Assembly (NCBI GenBank): GCA_963728075.1
Contig: CAVSIP010000005.1
Location: forward strand, 202,151-266,150
Source: an uncultured Actinomycetota bacterium
Lineage (GTDB): Bacteria; Actinomycetota; Actinomycetes; JAFAQI01; DASSKL01
Direction of reading: 5' to 3'
Length of the DNA: 64,000 nt
The position numbers and the translations under genes are program-made. Positions 1-11,990 of this stretch are shown here, one piece after another. Position 1 is the first letter of the stretch, and each line of letters starts with the position of its first letter. The notes beneath the pieces are model-generated. The model was given only the letters and a program-made list of their open reading frames with translations, searched no databases and was not told the origin of the DNA.

Positions 1-525
1 GAAGCGCCCGTCGAGGCCGGGCAGGGCATCGGCGACGTCGGCAAGGTGCGTGCGCACGCTGGTGCCGAGCGCGTTGCGCGCGAGCCAGGCGTACGCACGC
101 GGGTCGCGCTCGACCAGCTGGACCACCGCGCTGGGATGCTCCTCGGCGATCGCCAGGCCGATCGCCCCGCTGCCGGCGCACAGGTCGGCGACCATGGGGC
201 GGCCCAGGTCCTCCAGCGCCTGCAGGCACCACTCGACGACGACCTCGGTCTCGGGGCGGGGCACGAACACACCCGGCCCGACGGCGAGCTCGAGCCGGCG
301 GAAGCCCACCGTCCCGGTCAGGTGCTGCAGCGGCACCCGGGCGGCCCGCCGCTCCACCAGCTCGTCGAAGCGGCGGCGCTGCTGCGGGTTCCACGCGTCG
401 ACCAGCGGCAGGCGGCCGCGGTCGACCCGCAGCACGTGGGCGGCGAGCTCCTCGGCGTCGTGCCGGGGCGACGGAACGCCCGCGGCGGCAAGCCGCTCGG
501 CGGCGGCGCGGACCTCAGCCGGCAT
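1..525 (-). CDS. prmC: release-factor glutamine methyltransferase PrmC/HemK; 3' end runs off the window
   Basis: Not a closed ORF in the track. My reverse translation from ATG 525-523 reads [43 protein letters not shown]...[18 protein letters not shown]...[14 protein letters not shown] (HemK N-domain plus SAM-binding loop). The start overlaps the prfA stop, matching conserved prfA-prmC synteny. Confidence 0.85.
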   Translation of the reverse strand, partial: MPAEVRAAAERLAAAGVPSPRHDAEELAAHVLRVDRGRLPLVDAWNPQQRRRFDELVERRAARVPLQHLTGTVGFRRLELAVGPGVFVPRPETEVVVEWCLQALEDLGRPMVADLCAGSGAIGLAIAEEHPSAVVQLVERDPRAYAWLARNALGTSVRTHLADVADALPGLDGRF

Positions 526-1609
526 CGCGCAGGTTCTCCTCCGCCTCCGCGTCGGCGAGCGCCTGGATCACCGCGTCCAGGTCCCCGTCGAGGACCTGGT
601 CGAGGTTGTAGGCCTTGTAGCCGACCCGGTGGTCGCTGATCCGGTTCTCCGGGAAGTTGTACGTCCGCACCCGCTCCGACCGGTCCACGGTACGGACCTG
701 GCTGCGCCGCTCGGCCGCGGCCGCGGCGTGCGCCTCCTCCTGGGCGGCCGCCAGCAGCCGTGACCGCAGGATGCGCAGTGCCTGCTCCTTGTTCTGCAGC
801 TGGCTCTTCTCGTTCTGGCAGGAGACCACGATGCCGGTGGGCAGGTGGGTGATCCGTACGGCGGAGTCGGTGGTGTTGACGCTCTGGCCGCCGGGGCCGC
901 TGGACCGGTAGACGTCGATGCGCAGGTCGTTCGGCTCGATGGTGACGTCGACGTCCTCGGCCTCGGGCAGGACGAGCACCCCGGCGGCACTGGTGTGGAT
1001 CCGCCCCTGGGACTCGGTCACCGGCACCCGCTGCACGCGGTGGACGCCACCCTCGTACTTCAGCCGGCTCCACGCCCCGCCCTCGCGGGCCCGGACGGCG
1101 ATGGTGATGTCCTTGTAGCCGCCCAGGTCGGACTCGACCGAGTCGAGCACCTCCGTGCGCCAGCCCTGACGCTCGGCAAACCGCAGGTACATCCGCGCCA
1201 GGTCGCCGGCGAACAGGGCCGACTCCTCACCGCCCTCCCCCGCCTTCACCTCGAGGATGACGTCCTTGTCGTCGTTGGGGTCCTTCGGGAGCAGCAGCCG
1301 GCGCAGGTGCTCCTGCAGCTCCTCACCACGCGCTTCCAGCCGGGTGGCCTCCTCCCGGAAGGAGTCGTCCTCCTGCGCCAGCTCGCGCGCGGCGGCGAGA
1401 TCGCCCTGCACCGCGTGCAGCTCGCGAATGGCCTCGACGACAGGGCCCAGCTCGGAGTAGCGGCGGCCCAGGGTGCGCGCCCGCCCGGGGTCGGCGTGGA
1501 CGTCAGGGTCGGCAAGTGCCCGCTCGAGCTCGGCGTGCTCGGCGAGCAGGTCCTCGTACACGGTGTCTCCTGGCGGGTGCCCTGCGCGAGGGCGAGGGGA
1601 GCCGGACAT
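515..1609 (-). CDS. prfA: peptide chain release factor 1
   Basis: Track ORF 515..1609. It has the RF1-type PVT tripeptide ([17 protein letters not shown]) and the GGQ motif ([26 protein letters not shown]). Confidence 0.97.
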   Translation of the reverse strand: MSGSPRPRAGHPPGDTVYEDLLAEHAELERALADPDVHADPGRARTLGRRYSELGPVVEAIRELHAVQGDLAAARELAQEDDSFREEATRLEARGEELQEHLRRLLLPKDPNDDKDVILEVKAGEGGEESALFAGDLARMYLRFAERQGWRTEVLDSVESDLGGYKDITIAVRAREGGAWSRLKYEGGVHRVQRVPVTESQGRIHTSAAGVLVLPEAEDVDVTIEPNDLRIDVYRSSGPGGQSVNTTDSAVRITHLPTGIVVSCQNEKSQLQNKEQALRILRSRLLAAAQEEAHAAAAAERRSQVRTVDRSERVRTYNFPENRISDHRVGYKAYNLDQVLDGDLDAVIQALADAEAEENLRDAG

Positions 1610-1616
1610 GACAGCG

Positions 1617-1652
1617 GCGCCGGTGCGGGCTGGAGCCCGGCACCGACGCCGC
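1617..1652 (-). terminator. strong GC hairpin between rpmE stop and prfA start (terminator or attenuator candidate, no U-tract)
   Basis: Minus-strand GGCGUCGGUGCCGGGCU-CC-AGCCCGCACCGGCGCC forms about 16 bp with one bulge. It ends about 7 nt before the prfA ATG. Confidence 0.35.
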
Positions 1653-1659
1653 TAGCCGG

Positions 1660-1878
1660 CTAACGGCCGGCGTTGCCCTTGCCGTAACGCTTCTCGAACT
1701 TGTCGACGCGGCCGCCGACGTCCATGATCTTCTGCTTGCCCGTGTAGAACGGGTGGCAGGCGCTGCAGACCTCGGCGTGGATGACGCCGTTCTCAGCGGT
1801 GCTGCGCGTGGTGAAGGAGTTGCCGCAGGAGCAGACGACCTGCGTCTCCTTGTAGTCCGGGTGGATGTCGGCCTTCAC
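1660..1878 (-). CDS. rpmE: 50S ribosomal protein L31 (Zn-ribbon type A)
   Basis: [22 protein letters not shown]...[15 protein letters not shown] with two CxxC pairs. GTG start is preceded by AAAGGA. Confidence 0.97.
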   Translation of the reverse strand: MKADIHPDYKETQVVCSCGNSFTTRSTAENGVIHAEVCSACHPFYTGKQKIMDVGGRVDKFEKRYGKGNAGR

Positions 1879-1963
1879 GTGATGTCCTTTCGTCTGACGG
1901 TCGCCGGGTCGCCGATCGGCGGGAACCGGTACCGCGTCCAGTGTCGCACGCGTACGCGCGAGG

Positions 1964-3706
<1,743 letters not shown>

Positions 3707-4123
3707 GTCGGGTCCTTCCCTGACGACGCGCCCGCTGGGTCTGGTGCTCGTGCGGGCCGGGAGAGCGCCGACGGCTTCCCGCCGGGTCTGAACCTGCCGC
3801 GGCAGCGGCAGGCAGCTTGGTTGGGGCACAGTTCCGGGACGGCGGTCGCCGTCGAACCACGGTGCGAGGGCACGTTGCCTTCGGCGGGGTCGTGTTGGCA
3901 CAAGAGAGCCGACGCGGAACCCGGTCGGAGGACCCGGCGCCGACAACGTCGGCTGCACGGTCACGCGCACGCGAACCGAGGGGAACGCGGTGCTGGTCAC
4001 CAGCGTAACGGTCGTATGAGCAGTGGGCAACCGACACGCGTACGTTGCGTGTCCGACTGTTACCTACTCGTCACCATCTCCAGCGATGCCGCTCCACCCC
4101 GCACAACCACCGCCGGCCCGCGC

Positions 4124-5053
4124 TCATTCCCCGCCGGCGGGCCCGCGCAGCGCACGTGCGCCGCGGGCGGAGACGGACAAGGGCAGCACCTGCCAGCCCC
4201 CCGGTGCCAGCCGGCGGACGGTGGGCATGCCGTCGCGACCGACGAGCGCCAGCACGGTCGGCCCGGCGCCGGAGAGCACCGCCGGCACGCCGTCGCCGCG
4301 CAGCCGCGCGACGAGGTCGAGGCTGTCGGGCATGGCCTCGGCGCGGTAGGACTGGTGCAGCCGGTCCTCGGTCGCGGCCATGAGCAGCTCCGGCCGCCGA
4401 CCGAAGGCCTCCACGAGCAGCGCCGCGCGCGCGGCGTTCGCCGCGGCATCCCCGTGCGGCACCTGCGCCGGCAGCAGGCCGCGCGCCGCCTTCGTGAGCG
4501 AGCGCTGCTCCGGAACCAGGGCCACCGGGCGCACCGAACGGTGCACCGGGAGCCGTACGGCCCGCGGGCCCGCGTCGTCGCTCCAGGCGATGGTGAGCCC
4601 GCCGAGCAGGCACGCCGCGACGTTGTCGGGGTGCCCCTCCACGGCCGACGCCTCCGCCAGGAGCGCGTCGTCGGGCAGCCGGCGCACGCCGTCCACCACC
4701 AGCGCCCGCGCCGCCAGCAGGCCACCGACGATGGCGGCCGCGGAGGAGCCGAGGCCCCGGCCGTGCGGGATGCGGTTGCGGCAGGCGAGCCGGACCCCGC
4801 CGGCGTGGACCCCCAAGCGGTCGAAGCCGGTCCGCATGGACCGCAGGACGAGGTGGCTGTCGTCGGTCGGCACCTCTCCGGCACCCTCGCCCTCGACGCT
4901 GACCGACCCGCCGTCCGGGTCGACGGCAGCGACGATCTCGTCGTAGAGCGTCAGTGCCAGCCCGAAGGCGTCGAACCCGGGGCCGAGGTTCGCACTCGTC
5001 GCGGGCACGCGGACGCGGACCGACCCGGTGCGCAGGCCGTTGCGTACGGGCAC
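4124..5053 (-). CDS. thrB: homoserine kinase
   Basis: PATSANLGPGFD and GHMP motif IPHGRGLGSSAAAIVGG. The GTG start at 5053-5051 overlaps the thrC stop by 1 nt. The track ORF extension to 5167 is out of character. Confidence 0.92.
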   Translation of the reverse strand: MPVRNGLRTGSVRVRVPATSANLGPGFDAFGLALTLYDEIVAAVDPDGGSVSVEGEGAGEVPTDDSHLVLRSMRTGFDRLGVHAGGVRLACRNRIPHGRGLGSSAAAIVGGLLAARALVVDGVRRLPDDALLAEASAVEGHPDNVAACLLGGLTIAWSDDAGPRAVRLPVHRSVRPVALVPEQRSLTKAARGLLPAQVPHGDAAANAARAALLVEAFGRRPELLMAATEDRLHQSYRAEAMPDSLDLVARLRGDGVPAVLSGAGPTVLALVGRDGMPTVRRLAPGGWQVLPLSVSARGARALRGPAGGE

Positions 5054-6123
5054 TACAGCCCCAGGGCGGCGGCGGCTGCAGCGGCCTCCGCCGGGATCGT
5101 CGTGGGCCGCGGCGCCCCCGAGATCGCCCACTCCGGGTCCTTGAGCCCGTGGCCGGTGACGGTGCACACGACGCGCAGGCCGGTGCCCAGGCTGCCCTGC
5201 TCGTGGGCCTTGAGCAGCCCGGCGACGCTGGCCGCGCTGGCCGGCTCCACGAAGACGCCCTCCGCACGCGCCAGCGTGCGGTAGGCGTTGAGGATCTCCC
5301 GGTCGGTGACGGCCTCGATCGCCCCACCCGACTCGTCGCGGGCGGCGAGCGCCTGCTGCCAGCTGGCCGGGTTCCCGATCCGGATGGCCGTCGCGATCGT
5401 GGTGGGGCGAGGGACCGGCTTGCCGGTCACGATCGGCGCGGCACCGGCCGCCTGGAACCCGCGCATCACCGGTCGGCGGGTCGCGGGGCCGAAGTGCGCG
5501 TACTCGGTGTAGCCCTTCCAGTAGGCCGTGATGTTGCCCGCGTTGCCGACCGGCAGGCAGTGGACGTCCGGGGCGTCCCCGAGCGCGTCGACGATCTCGA
5601 ACGCGGCGGTCTTCTGGCCCTCGATGCGGTACTGGTTCACCGAGTTGACCAGGCTCACCGGGTAGTGCTCGGCGAGGTCACGGGCGAGGTCGAGACAGTC
5701 GTCGAAGTTGCCGTCGACCTCGAGCAGCTTGGCGCCGTGCACGAGTGCCTGCGCCAGCTTGCCCATCGCGATCTTGCCGGTCGGTACGAGCACCGCGCAG
5801 GTCATCTGCGCCCGTACGGCGTACGCGGCCGCGCTGGCGCTCGTGTTGCCGGTCGAGGCGCAGATGACCGCCTTGGCGCCCTCCTCGGCGGCCTTGCTCA
5901 TCGCCAGCGTCATGCCACGGTCCTTGAACGAACCGGTGGGGTTCGCCCCCTCGACCTTGAGGAAGACCTCGCAGCCGGTGCGCTCGGACAGCCGTGGAGC
6001 CGGGACGAGCGGCGTGCCGCCCTCCCGCAGGGTGACGACGGGCGTCGCGTCGCTGACGGGCAGGCGCTCGCGGTACTCCTCGATGACGCCGCGCCACTGG
6101 TGGGTTCCGGTGGTGGTGGTCAC
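5053..6123 (-). CDS. thrC: threonine synthase
   Basis: PLP-lysine motif [16 protein letters not shown]. Full-length 356 aa ORF whose start overlaps the hom stop. Confidence 0.96.
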   Translation of the reverse strand: MTTTTGTHQWRGVIEEYRERLPVSDATPVVTLREGGTPLVPAPRLSERTGCEVFLKVEGANPTGSFKDRGMTLAMSKAAEEGAKAVICASTGNTSASAAAYAVRAQMTCAVLVPTGKIAMGKLAQALVHGAKLLEVDGNFDDCLDLARDLAEHYPVSLVNSVNQYRIEGQKTAAFEIVDALGDAPDVHCLPVGNAGNITAYWKGYTEYAHFGPATRRPVMRGFQAAGAAPIVTGKPVPRPTTIATAIRIGNPASWQQALAARDESGGAIEAVTDREILNAYRTLARAEGVFVEPASAASVAGLLKAHEQGSLGTGLRVVCTVTGHGLKDPEWAISGAPRPTTIPAEAAAAAAALGL

Positions 6124-7415
6124 TGCCCCTCCTCGCCCTCGACCCGCATGACCGACGCGACCGCGCGGACGACGTCGAGCCCGCGCAGCTCCTCCACCGT
6201 CGCACTGAGCGCGGAGTCCGTCGCGACGTGCGTGACGATCGTCAGCGTCGCGTCGTCACCGCGGCCCTCCTGCCGGACGGTCTGGATGGACACGTCCTGC
6301 TGGCTGAACGCCTGCGCGACAGCGGCGAGGACGCCGGCCTTGTCGGCGACGTCGAGCCGTACGTGGTAGCGGGTGACGGTCTCCCCCATCGGCCGGACGC
6401 GCAGCGACGCGTACGCGGACTCGCCGAACCCGCGCGCGCCGGTCAGCCGGTTGCGGGCCACGGTGACCAGGTCGCCGAGGACGGCGCTCGCCGTCGGCGC
6501 GCCGCCGGCACCCGGGCCGTAGAACATCAGCTGCCCCGCGGCGTCCGCCTCCACGAACACCGCGTTGAACGCCTCGCGGACCGCGGCCAGGGGGTGCGAC
6601 CGGGGAATCATCGCCGGGTGGACCCGTACGCCGACGCTGCGGCCGTCCGCCCCCCGCTCCGCGATGGCCAGCAGCTTCACGACGCTGCCCATCTCGCGCG
6701 CGCTGGCGACGTCAGCAGCGGTGACGTCGGTGATGCCCTCGCGGTGGACGTCGGCGGCGGTGACGCGCGTGTGGAACGCAAGCCCGGCGAGGATGGCCGC
6801 CTTCGCGGCGGCGTCGAAGCCCTCCACGTCCGCGCTCGGGTCGGCCTCGGCGTAGCCCAGGGCCTGGGCCTCCTCCAGCGCCTCGGCGAAGCTGGCACCG
6901 GACTCGTCCATCCGCGTGAGGATGTAGTTCGTCGTCCCGTTGACGATGCCGAGCACCCGGTTCACGCGGTCCCCGGCGAGTGACTCACGGATCGGCCGCA
7001 GGATGGGGATGGCGCCGGCGACGCTCGCCTCGAAGTACAGGTCGGCGTTGCCCTTGCGGGCCGCCTCGAACAGCGTCGAGCCGTCGTCGGCGAGCAGGGC
7101 CTTGTTGGCCGTCACCACCGACGCCCCGCGCTCGAAGGCCGCGAGCAGCAGCCCGCGCGCGGGCTCGATCCCACCGATCACCTCGACGACGACGTCGACG
7201 TCGTCACGCGTCACCAACCCGTGGGCGTCGGCGGTGAACAGGCTGGAGTCGACCGGCAGGTCACGGGCACGCTGCGGCCGCCGGACGGCGATGCCGGCCA
7301 GCTCGAGCGGCGCGCCGACCCGGTGGGCCAGGTCGTCGCGGTGCTCGTGGAGCAGGCGCACGACCTCGCCGCCGACCGTGCCGCATCCGAGCAGGGCCAC
7401 TTTCAGGGCGCTCAT
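6120..7415 (-). CDS. hom: homoserine dehydrogenase
   Basis: [25 protein letters not shown]-binding N-terminus and a C-terminal ACT-like domain. ATG 7415-7413 overlaps the lysA stop (ATGA). The track ORF extension to 7886 lies inside lysA. Confidence 0.95.
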   Translation of the reverse strand: MSALKVALLGCGTVGGEVVRLLHEHRDDLAHRVGAPLELAGIAVRRPQRARDLPVDSSLFTADAHGLVTRDDVDVVVEVIGGIEPARGLLLAAFERGASVVTANKALLADDGSTLFEAARKGNADLYFEASVAGAIPILRPIRESLAGDRVNRVLGIVNGTTNYILTRMDESGASFAEALEEAQALGYAEADPSADVEGFDAAAKAAILAGLAFHTRVTAADVHREGITDVTAADVASAREMGSVVKLLAIAERGADGRSVGVRVHPAMIPRSHPLAAVREAFNAVFVEADAAGQLMFYGPGAGGAPTASAVLGDLVTVARNRLTGARGFGESAYASLRVRPMGETVTRYHVRLDVADKAGVLAAVAQAFSQQDVSIQTVRQEGRGDDATLTIVTHVATDSALSATVEELRGLDVVRAVASVMRVEGEEGQ

Positions 7416-8740
7416 CCGGCGTCCAGGCGCATGAGGTCGTCCTCGGTCTCGCGGCGCACGATGACCCGTGCGACACCGTCCCGGACCGCGACCACCGGCG
7501 GTCGCGGTACGTGGTTGTAGTTGCCGGCCATGGAGCGGTGGTACGCGCCACTGGCGGGAACGGCGACGAGGTCGCCGGGCGAGAGGTCCTCGGGCAACGA
7601 GACCTCCCTCACCACGATGTCGCCGGACTCGCAGTGCTTGCCGCAGATCGTCACCATCCGCGCCGGGGCGGCGGACACCCGCGAGGCGAGCACGGCCGTG
7701 TAGTGCGCGCCGTACAGTGCGGTCCGGATGTTGTCGCTCATCCCGCCGTCGACGGCGACGTAGGTACGCAGCCCCGGCAGCTCCTTCACCGTGCCGACCT
7801 CGTACACGGTGACCGTGGTCGGCCCCGCGATCGCGCGGCCGGGCTCGACGGCCAGCCGGGGCACGGCCAGGCCGGCTGCCGCACACTCCTTCGCGACCAC
7901 CGCCGTGAGCCGCTCGACGAACTCCTCGACCGGCAGCGGCGCGTCCTGGGAGGTGTAGGCGATCCCCGTGCCGCCGCCGAGGTTGAGCTCGCTCGTCTCC
8001 ATGCCGTGCTCGTCGCGGAGCGCGGCGAGCAGCCCGACCATGCGGTGCGCGGCGAGCGCGAACCCCTGCGTGTCGAAGATCTGCGAGCCGATGTGCATGT
8101 GCAGGCCGGCGAGCTCCAGGCCGGGGAGCAGGAGGATGCGCGCCACCGCCTCCGCCGCCGCGCCGCTGGCGAGGGAGAAGCCGAACTTCTGGTCCTCCTG
8201 GCCGGTGGCGACGTACTCGTGGGTGTGCGCCTCGACGCCCGGCGTGACCCGGACGACGACCCGCTGGCGCACCCCGGCGGCGTCGGCGGCGTGGGCGAGC
8301 CGGGCGATCTCCTCGAAGGAGTCGACGGCGAAGCGGCCGACGCCGTACGCGACGCCGCGGCGGATCTCGGCCAGCGACTTGTTGTTGCCGTGGAAGATGA
8401 TCCGCTCACCCGGGAAGCCGGCGCGCTCCGCGACCGCCAGCTCGCCCCCGGTCGAGACGTCGAGCGACAGCCCCTCCTCGGCCACCCAGCGCGCGACCTC
8501 CGTGCACAGGAACGCCTTGCCCGCGTAGTAGACGTCCCCCGTGCCCGCGAACGCGTCCCGCCAGGCACGCGCCCGGGACCGGAAGTCCTCCTCGTCGAGG
8601 ACGAGCACCGGCGTGCCGAAACGGTCGGCCAGGTCGCGTACGTCCACGCCACCGACGGTCAGCGCGCCGTCGACGCGGCGGGCGGCCGTACGCGGCCAGA
8701 CGTTGGGCTCGAGGTCAGCGACCTCGGGGTGGGAGCTCAC
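7412..8740 (-). CDS. lysA: diaminopimelate decarboxylase
   Basis: DVYYAGKAFLC (PLP Lys), LNLGGGTGIAY and CGKHCESGDIV motifs of the Orn/DAP/Arg decarboxylase fold. Confidence 0.96.
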   Translation of the reverse strand: MSSHPEVADLEPNVWPRTAARRVDGALTVGGVDVRDLADRFGTPVLVLDEEDFRSRARAWRDAFAGTGDVYYAGKAFLCTEVARWVAEEGLSLDVSTGGELAVAERAGFPGERIIFHGNNKSLAEIRRGVAYGVGRFAVDSFEEIARLAHAADAAGVRQRVVVRVTPGVEAHTHEYVATGQEDQKFGFSLASGAAAEAVARILLLPGLELAGLHMHIGSQIFDTQGFALAAHRMVGLLAALRDEHGMETSELNLGGGTGIAYTSQDAPLPVEEFVERLTAVVAKECAAAGLAVPRLAVEPGRAIAGPTTVTVYEVGTVKELPGLRTYVAVDGGMSDNIRTALYGAHYTAVLASRVSAAPARMVTICGKHCESGDIVVREVSLPEDLSPGDLVAVPASGAYHRSMAGNYNHVPRPPVVAVRDGVARVIVRRETEDDLMRLDAG

Positions 8741-8749
8741 GGGCCTTCC

Positions 8750-10411
8750 TCACATCCGCTCCGGGGCCGTGACGCCGAGCAGCGTGAGGCCGTTCGCAAG
8801 CACCGTCCGCGTGGCCTCGCACAGCCACAACCGGGCGCGCGTCAGGTCGGTCGCCTCCTCGTCGCCCATGGGCAGCACCCGGCAGGCGTCGTAGAAGCGG
8901 TGGTACGTCCCGGCCAGGCTCTCCAGGTACCGCGCGACCCGGTGCGGCTCGCGCAGCTCCGCCGCGCTCCCGACGATGCGCGGGAACTCGCCGAGCGCCC
9001 CGAGCAGGTCGCTCTCACGCTCGTGGACGAGCAGGCCCGGCTGGAAGCCGTCCGCCGGGCCCCGGTCGATGCCGAGCTCGGCGGCGTTGCGCAGCAGGGA
9101 GGCGATGCGGGCGTGCGCGTACTGCACGTAGAAGACCGGGTTGTCGTTGACCTGCCGGGAGATCAGGTCCAGGTCGAGGTCGAGCGAGCTGTCCACCGAC
9201 GCGCGGGCCAGCGAGTAGCGCGCCGCGTCCACGCCGACGGCCTCGACGAGGTCCTCGAGGGTGACGATGTTCCCCGCCCGCTTGCTCATCCGGACGGGCT
9301 CGCCGCCGCGGAACAGGTTGACCATCTGGCCGATGAGGAGCTCGAGGTTGGTGTCGGGGTCGTCGCCGAAGCACGCGGCCATGGCCTTCATCCTGCCGAG
9401 GTAGCCGTGGTGGTCGGCCCCGAGCATGATCACCACACGGTCGAAACCGCGCTTGCGCTTGTCGAGGTAGTAGGCCGCGTCGGCGCAGAAGTACGTCGGG
9501 CTGCCGTCGCCCTTGACGAGGACGCGGTCCTTGTCGTCACCGAAGTCGGTGGTCCGCAGCCAGACCGCACCCTCGTGGTCGTACACGTGGCCCATCGCCC
9601 GCAGGCGCTCGACGGCCTCGGCCAGCTCGCCGGCGTCGTGCAGGGTGCGCTCGGAGAAGTAGACGTCGAAGTGCACGCCGAAGTCCGCGAGCGACGCCTT
9701 GATCTCGTCGAACATCAGCTCCAGCCCCTCGCGGCGGAAGACCTCGAGGGCCTTCTCCTCCGGCTGGGCGAGCAGGTCCGGATGGTTCGCCAGGACAGCG
9801 CGGGCGATCTCCCCGACGTACGCGCCGCCGTACCCGTTCTCGGGCGGCGGTTCCCCGCGTGAGGCGGCGAGGAGGGACTCGGTGAACCGGTCGATCTGGG
9901 CGCCGGCGTCGTTGAAGTAGTACTCGCGCGTCACCTCGGCGCCGGACGCCTCGAGCAACCGGCCGAGCGCGTCCCCGACGGCCGCCCACCGCACGTGCCC
10001 GAGGTGCAGCGGGCCGGTCGGGTTGGCGCTGACGAACTCGAGGTTGAGCCGCTGACCCGTGAGGGTGTCGTTCTGGCCGTAGCCGGCGTCATCCCGGACG
10101 ACTGTCCGGGCGACCTCCCCGAGCGCAGCCTCGGCGAGGCGGAAGTTGAGGAAGCCGGGGCCGGCGACCTCCACGCCGGCGACCGCCGGCAGCCCCCGTA
10201 GCCGCGCCGCGAGCAGCTCCGCCACCTCGCGGGGCGGGCGGCCGGCCGGCTTCGCGAGCTGCAGCGCGACGTTCGTCGCGTAGTCGCCGTGCTCCTTGAC
10301 CTTGGGCCGCTCCACGACCGCCGTCGCGGGCACCGGCACGGCGAGCTCGCCGGCGTCGACCGCCGCGCGCACGGCATCGACGACGGCAGCCGAGAGCTCC
10401 GCCGGGGTCAC
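8750..10411 (-). CDS. argS: arginine--tRNA ligase
   Basis: 553 aa with class I motifs [14 protein letters not shown] (HIGH) and MSKRAGN (KMSKS-like), plus a C-terminal anticodon-binding domain ending in M. Confidence 0.97.
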   Translation of the reverse strand: MTPAELSAAVVDAVRAAVDAGELAVPVPATAVVERPKVKEHGDYATNVALQLAKPAGRPPREVAELLAARLRGLPAVAGVEVAGPGFLNFRLAEAALGEVARTVVRDDAGYGQNDTLTGQRLNLEFVSANPTGPLHLGHVRWAAVGDALGRLLEASGAEVTREYYFNDAGAQIDRFTESLLAASRGEPPPENGYGGAYVGEIARAVLANHPDLLAQPEEKALEVFRREGLELMFDEIKASLADFGVHFDVYFSERTLHDAGELAEAVERLRAMGHVYDHEGAVWLRTTDFGDDKDRVLVKGDGSPTYFCADAAYYLDKRKRGFDRVVIMLGADHHGYLGRMKAMAACFGDDPDTNLELLIGQMVNLFRGGEPVRMSKRAGNIVTLEDLVEAVGVDAARYSLARASVDSSLDLDLDLISRQVNDNPVFYVQYAHARIASLLRNAAELGIDRGPADGFQPGLLVHERESDLLGALGEFPRIVGSAAELREPHRVARYLESLAGTYHRFYDACRVLPMGDEEATDLTRARLWLCEATRTVLANGLTLLGVTAPERM

Positions 10412-10465
10412 CCGATCGAGGCTAGCGCAGCGGCTCGTCCGCCCGACGGGCCGGAAAGGCGGTGG

Positions 10466-11143
10466 TCACTCCCCCGCGGGGAAGTTGTAGCCGGCCGGTG
10501 GCTTCGGCAGCTCCGACGGCTTGCCGTACTGGATGGCGATCTCCATGTGCGACTTGAACACGATCTTGTCGGGGTCGCCTGCGTACGCGACGCCGTTCAC
10601 GTAGAAGCGCAGGTCGTGGGTGGCGTCCTTGCACAGGCCACCGATGCAGGTCTCGCTGAGCGAGACCCCCCACTCGGTGAACAGCTGACCGAGCGTGTAC
10701 GCGGAGTTGTCCGCCGACTCGATGTGCACCACGCCGCTGTCGTCATGGGTGTGCAGGGGCGAGATGCCGGTGGCCTTGTTGTCCTTGACGACGAAGCCGA
10801 TGTACGGCGCGACCGGGACCGCGCTGCCGTTGGCCCAGATGTCGAGGTGCGCGTGGTAGTGCACCTTGACCTTCTCCTGGGCGTAGACCGGGAGCCCGGC
10901 GGCCTCGATGTAGGTCGTGCTGTCCTGCAGCGGGGGCTGCCACGGGGGCGGTGCCTTGCTGAGGTCCACCGAGGCGCCTTGGCCGGTGCCGTTCTGGGCA
11001 GCGCCCTGCTGCACCTTGTCCGCCTGCTTCGGCTCGGACGGCTTGCTGCCTCCGCAGCCGCCGAGCAGCAACGACAGAGCGGCGGTCGCGGCCACCGCAG
11101 ACAGAGGTCGAGTCACACGTCGCACGCTGAGTTCCTTGCCCAC
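10466..11143 (-). CDS. secreted lipoprotein, function unknown
   Basis: N-terminal signal peptide with lipobox ALSLLLGGCGG. Good GC3 bias; lies directly after the receiver gene. Confidence 0.75.
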   Translation of the reverse strand: MGKELSVRRVTRPLSAVAATAALSLLLGGCGGSKPSEPKQADKVQQGAAQNGTGQGASVDLSKAPPPWQPPLQDSTTYIEAAGLPVYAQEKVKVHYHAHLDIWANGSAVPVAPYIGFVVKDNKATGISPLHTHDDSGVVHIESADNSAYTLGQLFTEWGVSLSETCIGGLCKDATHDLRFYVNGVAYAGDPDKIVFKSHMEIAIQYGKPSELPKPPAGYNFPAGE

Positions 11144-11148
11144 GAGAG

Positions 11149-11505
11149 TCAGGAAGACGCCAACCTGCGCACCGTATCGATCAGCTCCTCCGGGTCGAAC
11201 GGCTTGGTGAGGTAGGCGTCGACCCCGATGCTGTCGCCGCGACGCAGGTCGGCCTCCTGCGCACGGGCCGACAGCAGCACGATCCGGATCCCGGCGGTCT
11301 CGGGATCGGCCCGAAGCTGTGCGGCGACGTCCCAGCCGTCCATCTCGGGCATCATCACGTCGAGCGTGACGACGTCGGGTGCGACGTCGCGCACCCGAGC
11401 CAGGCAGTCCCTGCCGTCACTGGCCGTGGACACCTCGAACCCCTCGAGCTCGAGGTTGACGCTGATGAGCTGGCGGATGACGTCGTCGTCGTCGACGACA
11501 AGCAC
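11149..11505 (-). CDS. stand-alone response-regulator receiver (CheY-like) protein
   Basis: LVVDDDD, phospho-acceptor region DVVTLDVMMPEMDG and AYLTKPF. No output domain. Confidence 0.85.
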   Translation of the reverse strand: MLVVDDDDVIRQLISVNLELEGFEVSTASDGRDCLARVRDVAPDVVTLDVMMPEMDGWDVAAQLRADPETAGIRIVLLSARAQEADLRRGDSIGVDAYLTKPFDPEELIDTVRRLASS

Positions 11506-11598
11506 CCGAACCGGCTGGTGACATGGTACGAGGCTACCGGCGGGTCACCGGGCATCCGGGCCGTGAGCAATAATGGGCTCAGTTCCGTCGCATCCCCG

Positions 11599-11670
11599 GC
11601 CCCCGTAGCTCAGGGGATAGAGCACCGCCCTCCGGAGGCGGGTGCGCAGGTTCGAATCCTGCCGGGGGCA
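11599..11670 (+). tRNA. tRNA-Arg (anticodon CCG)
   Basis: Hand-folded cloverleaf: acceptor GCCCCCG/CGGGGGC, D-arm GCTC-AGGGGATA-GAGC, anticodon arm CCGCC-CTCCGGA-GGCGG (CCG), T-arm GCAGG-TTCGAAT-CCTGC, discriminator A. CCA is not encoded. Confidence 0.9.
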
Positions 11671-11990
11671 CAAAGTCGCAGGTCAGCGGCCTGGACAAGG
11701 ATTTGGACAAGGTTGACCTGCGCATTCGCGCCGGGAGGCAGTACTCAGGGTTTGGACCGTTCGGCATCCGTCCGTGAGCGTCGGCAGGCCTCGGTACGCG
11801 ATCTTGCCAACGGTTTGCCAACAGAAGAGCCGAAACTTGTCGGTGGCGCCCCGTAGCCTCGGCCGAGGCGTACCGCGCCCCGTTCCGCCGCTTCGCGTAG
11901 CGGGTGCGGCTGGTCGGTCCGTGGTGTGGTCACGTCTCGAGATGACGCGTGTTCGAGCGCAGTTCGGAAGATGCCGCAGCGGGAGGGCGC

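Noticed and set aside
3707-4030. N-terminal extensions given by the track for rho, hom (7416-7886), thrB (5054-5167), GDE-like (45564-45938), USP (46324-47028) and others
   Set aside because: The extensions overlap upstream genes or are R/P-rich. Internal starts with an RBS or stop-start overlap give family-typical N-termini.
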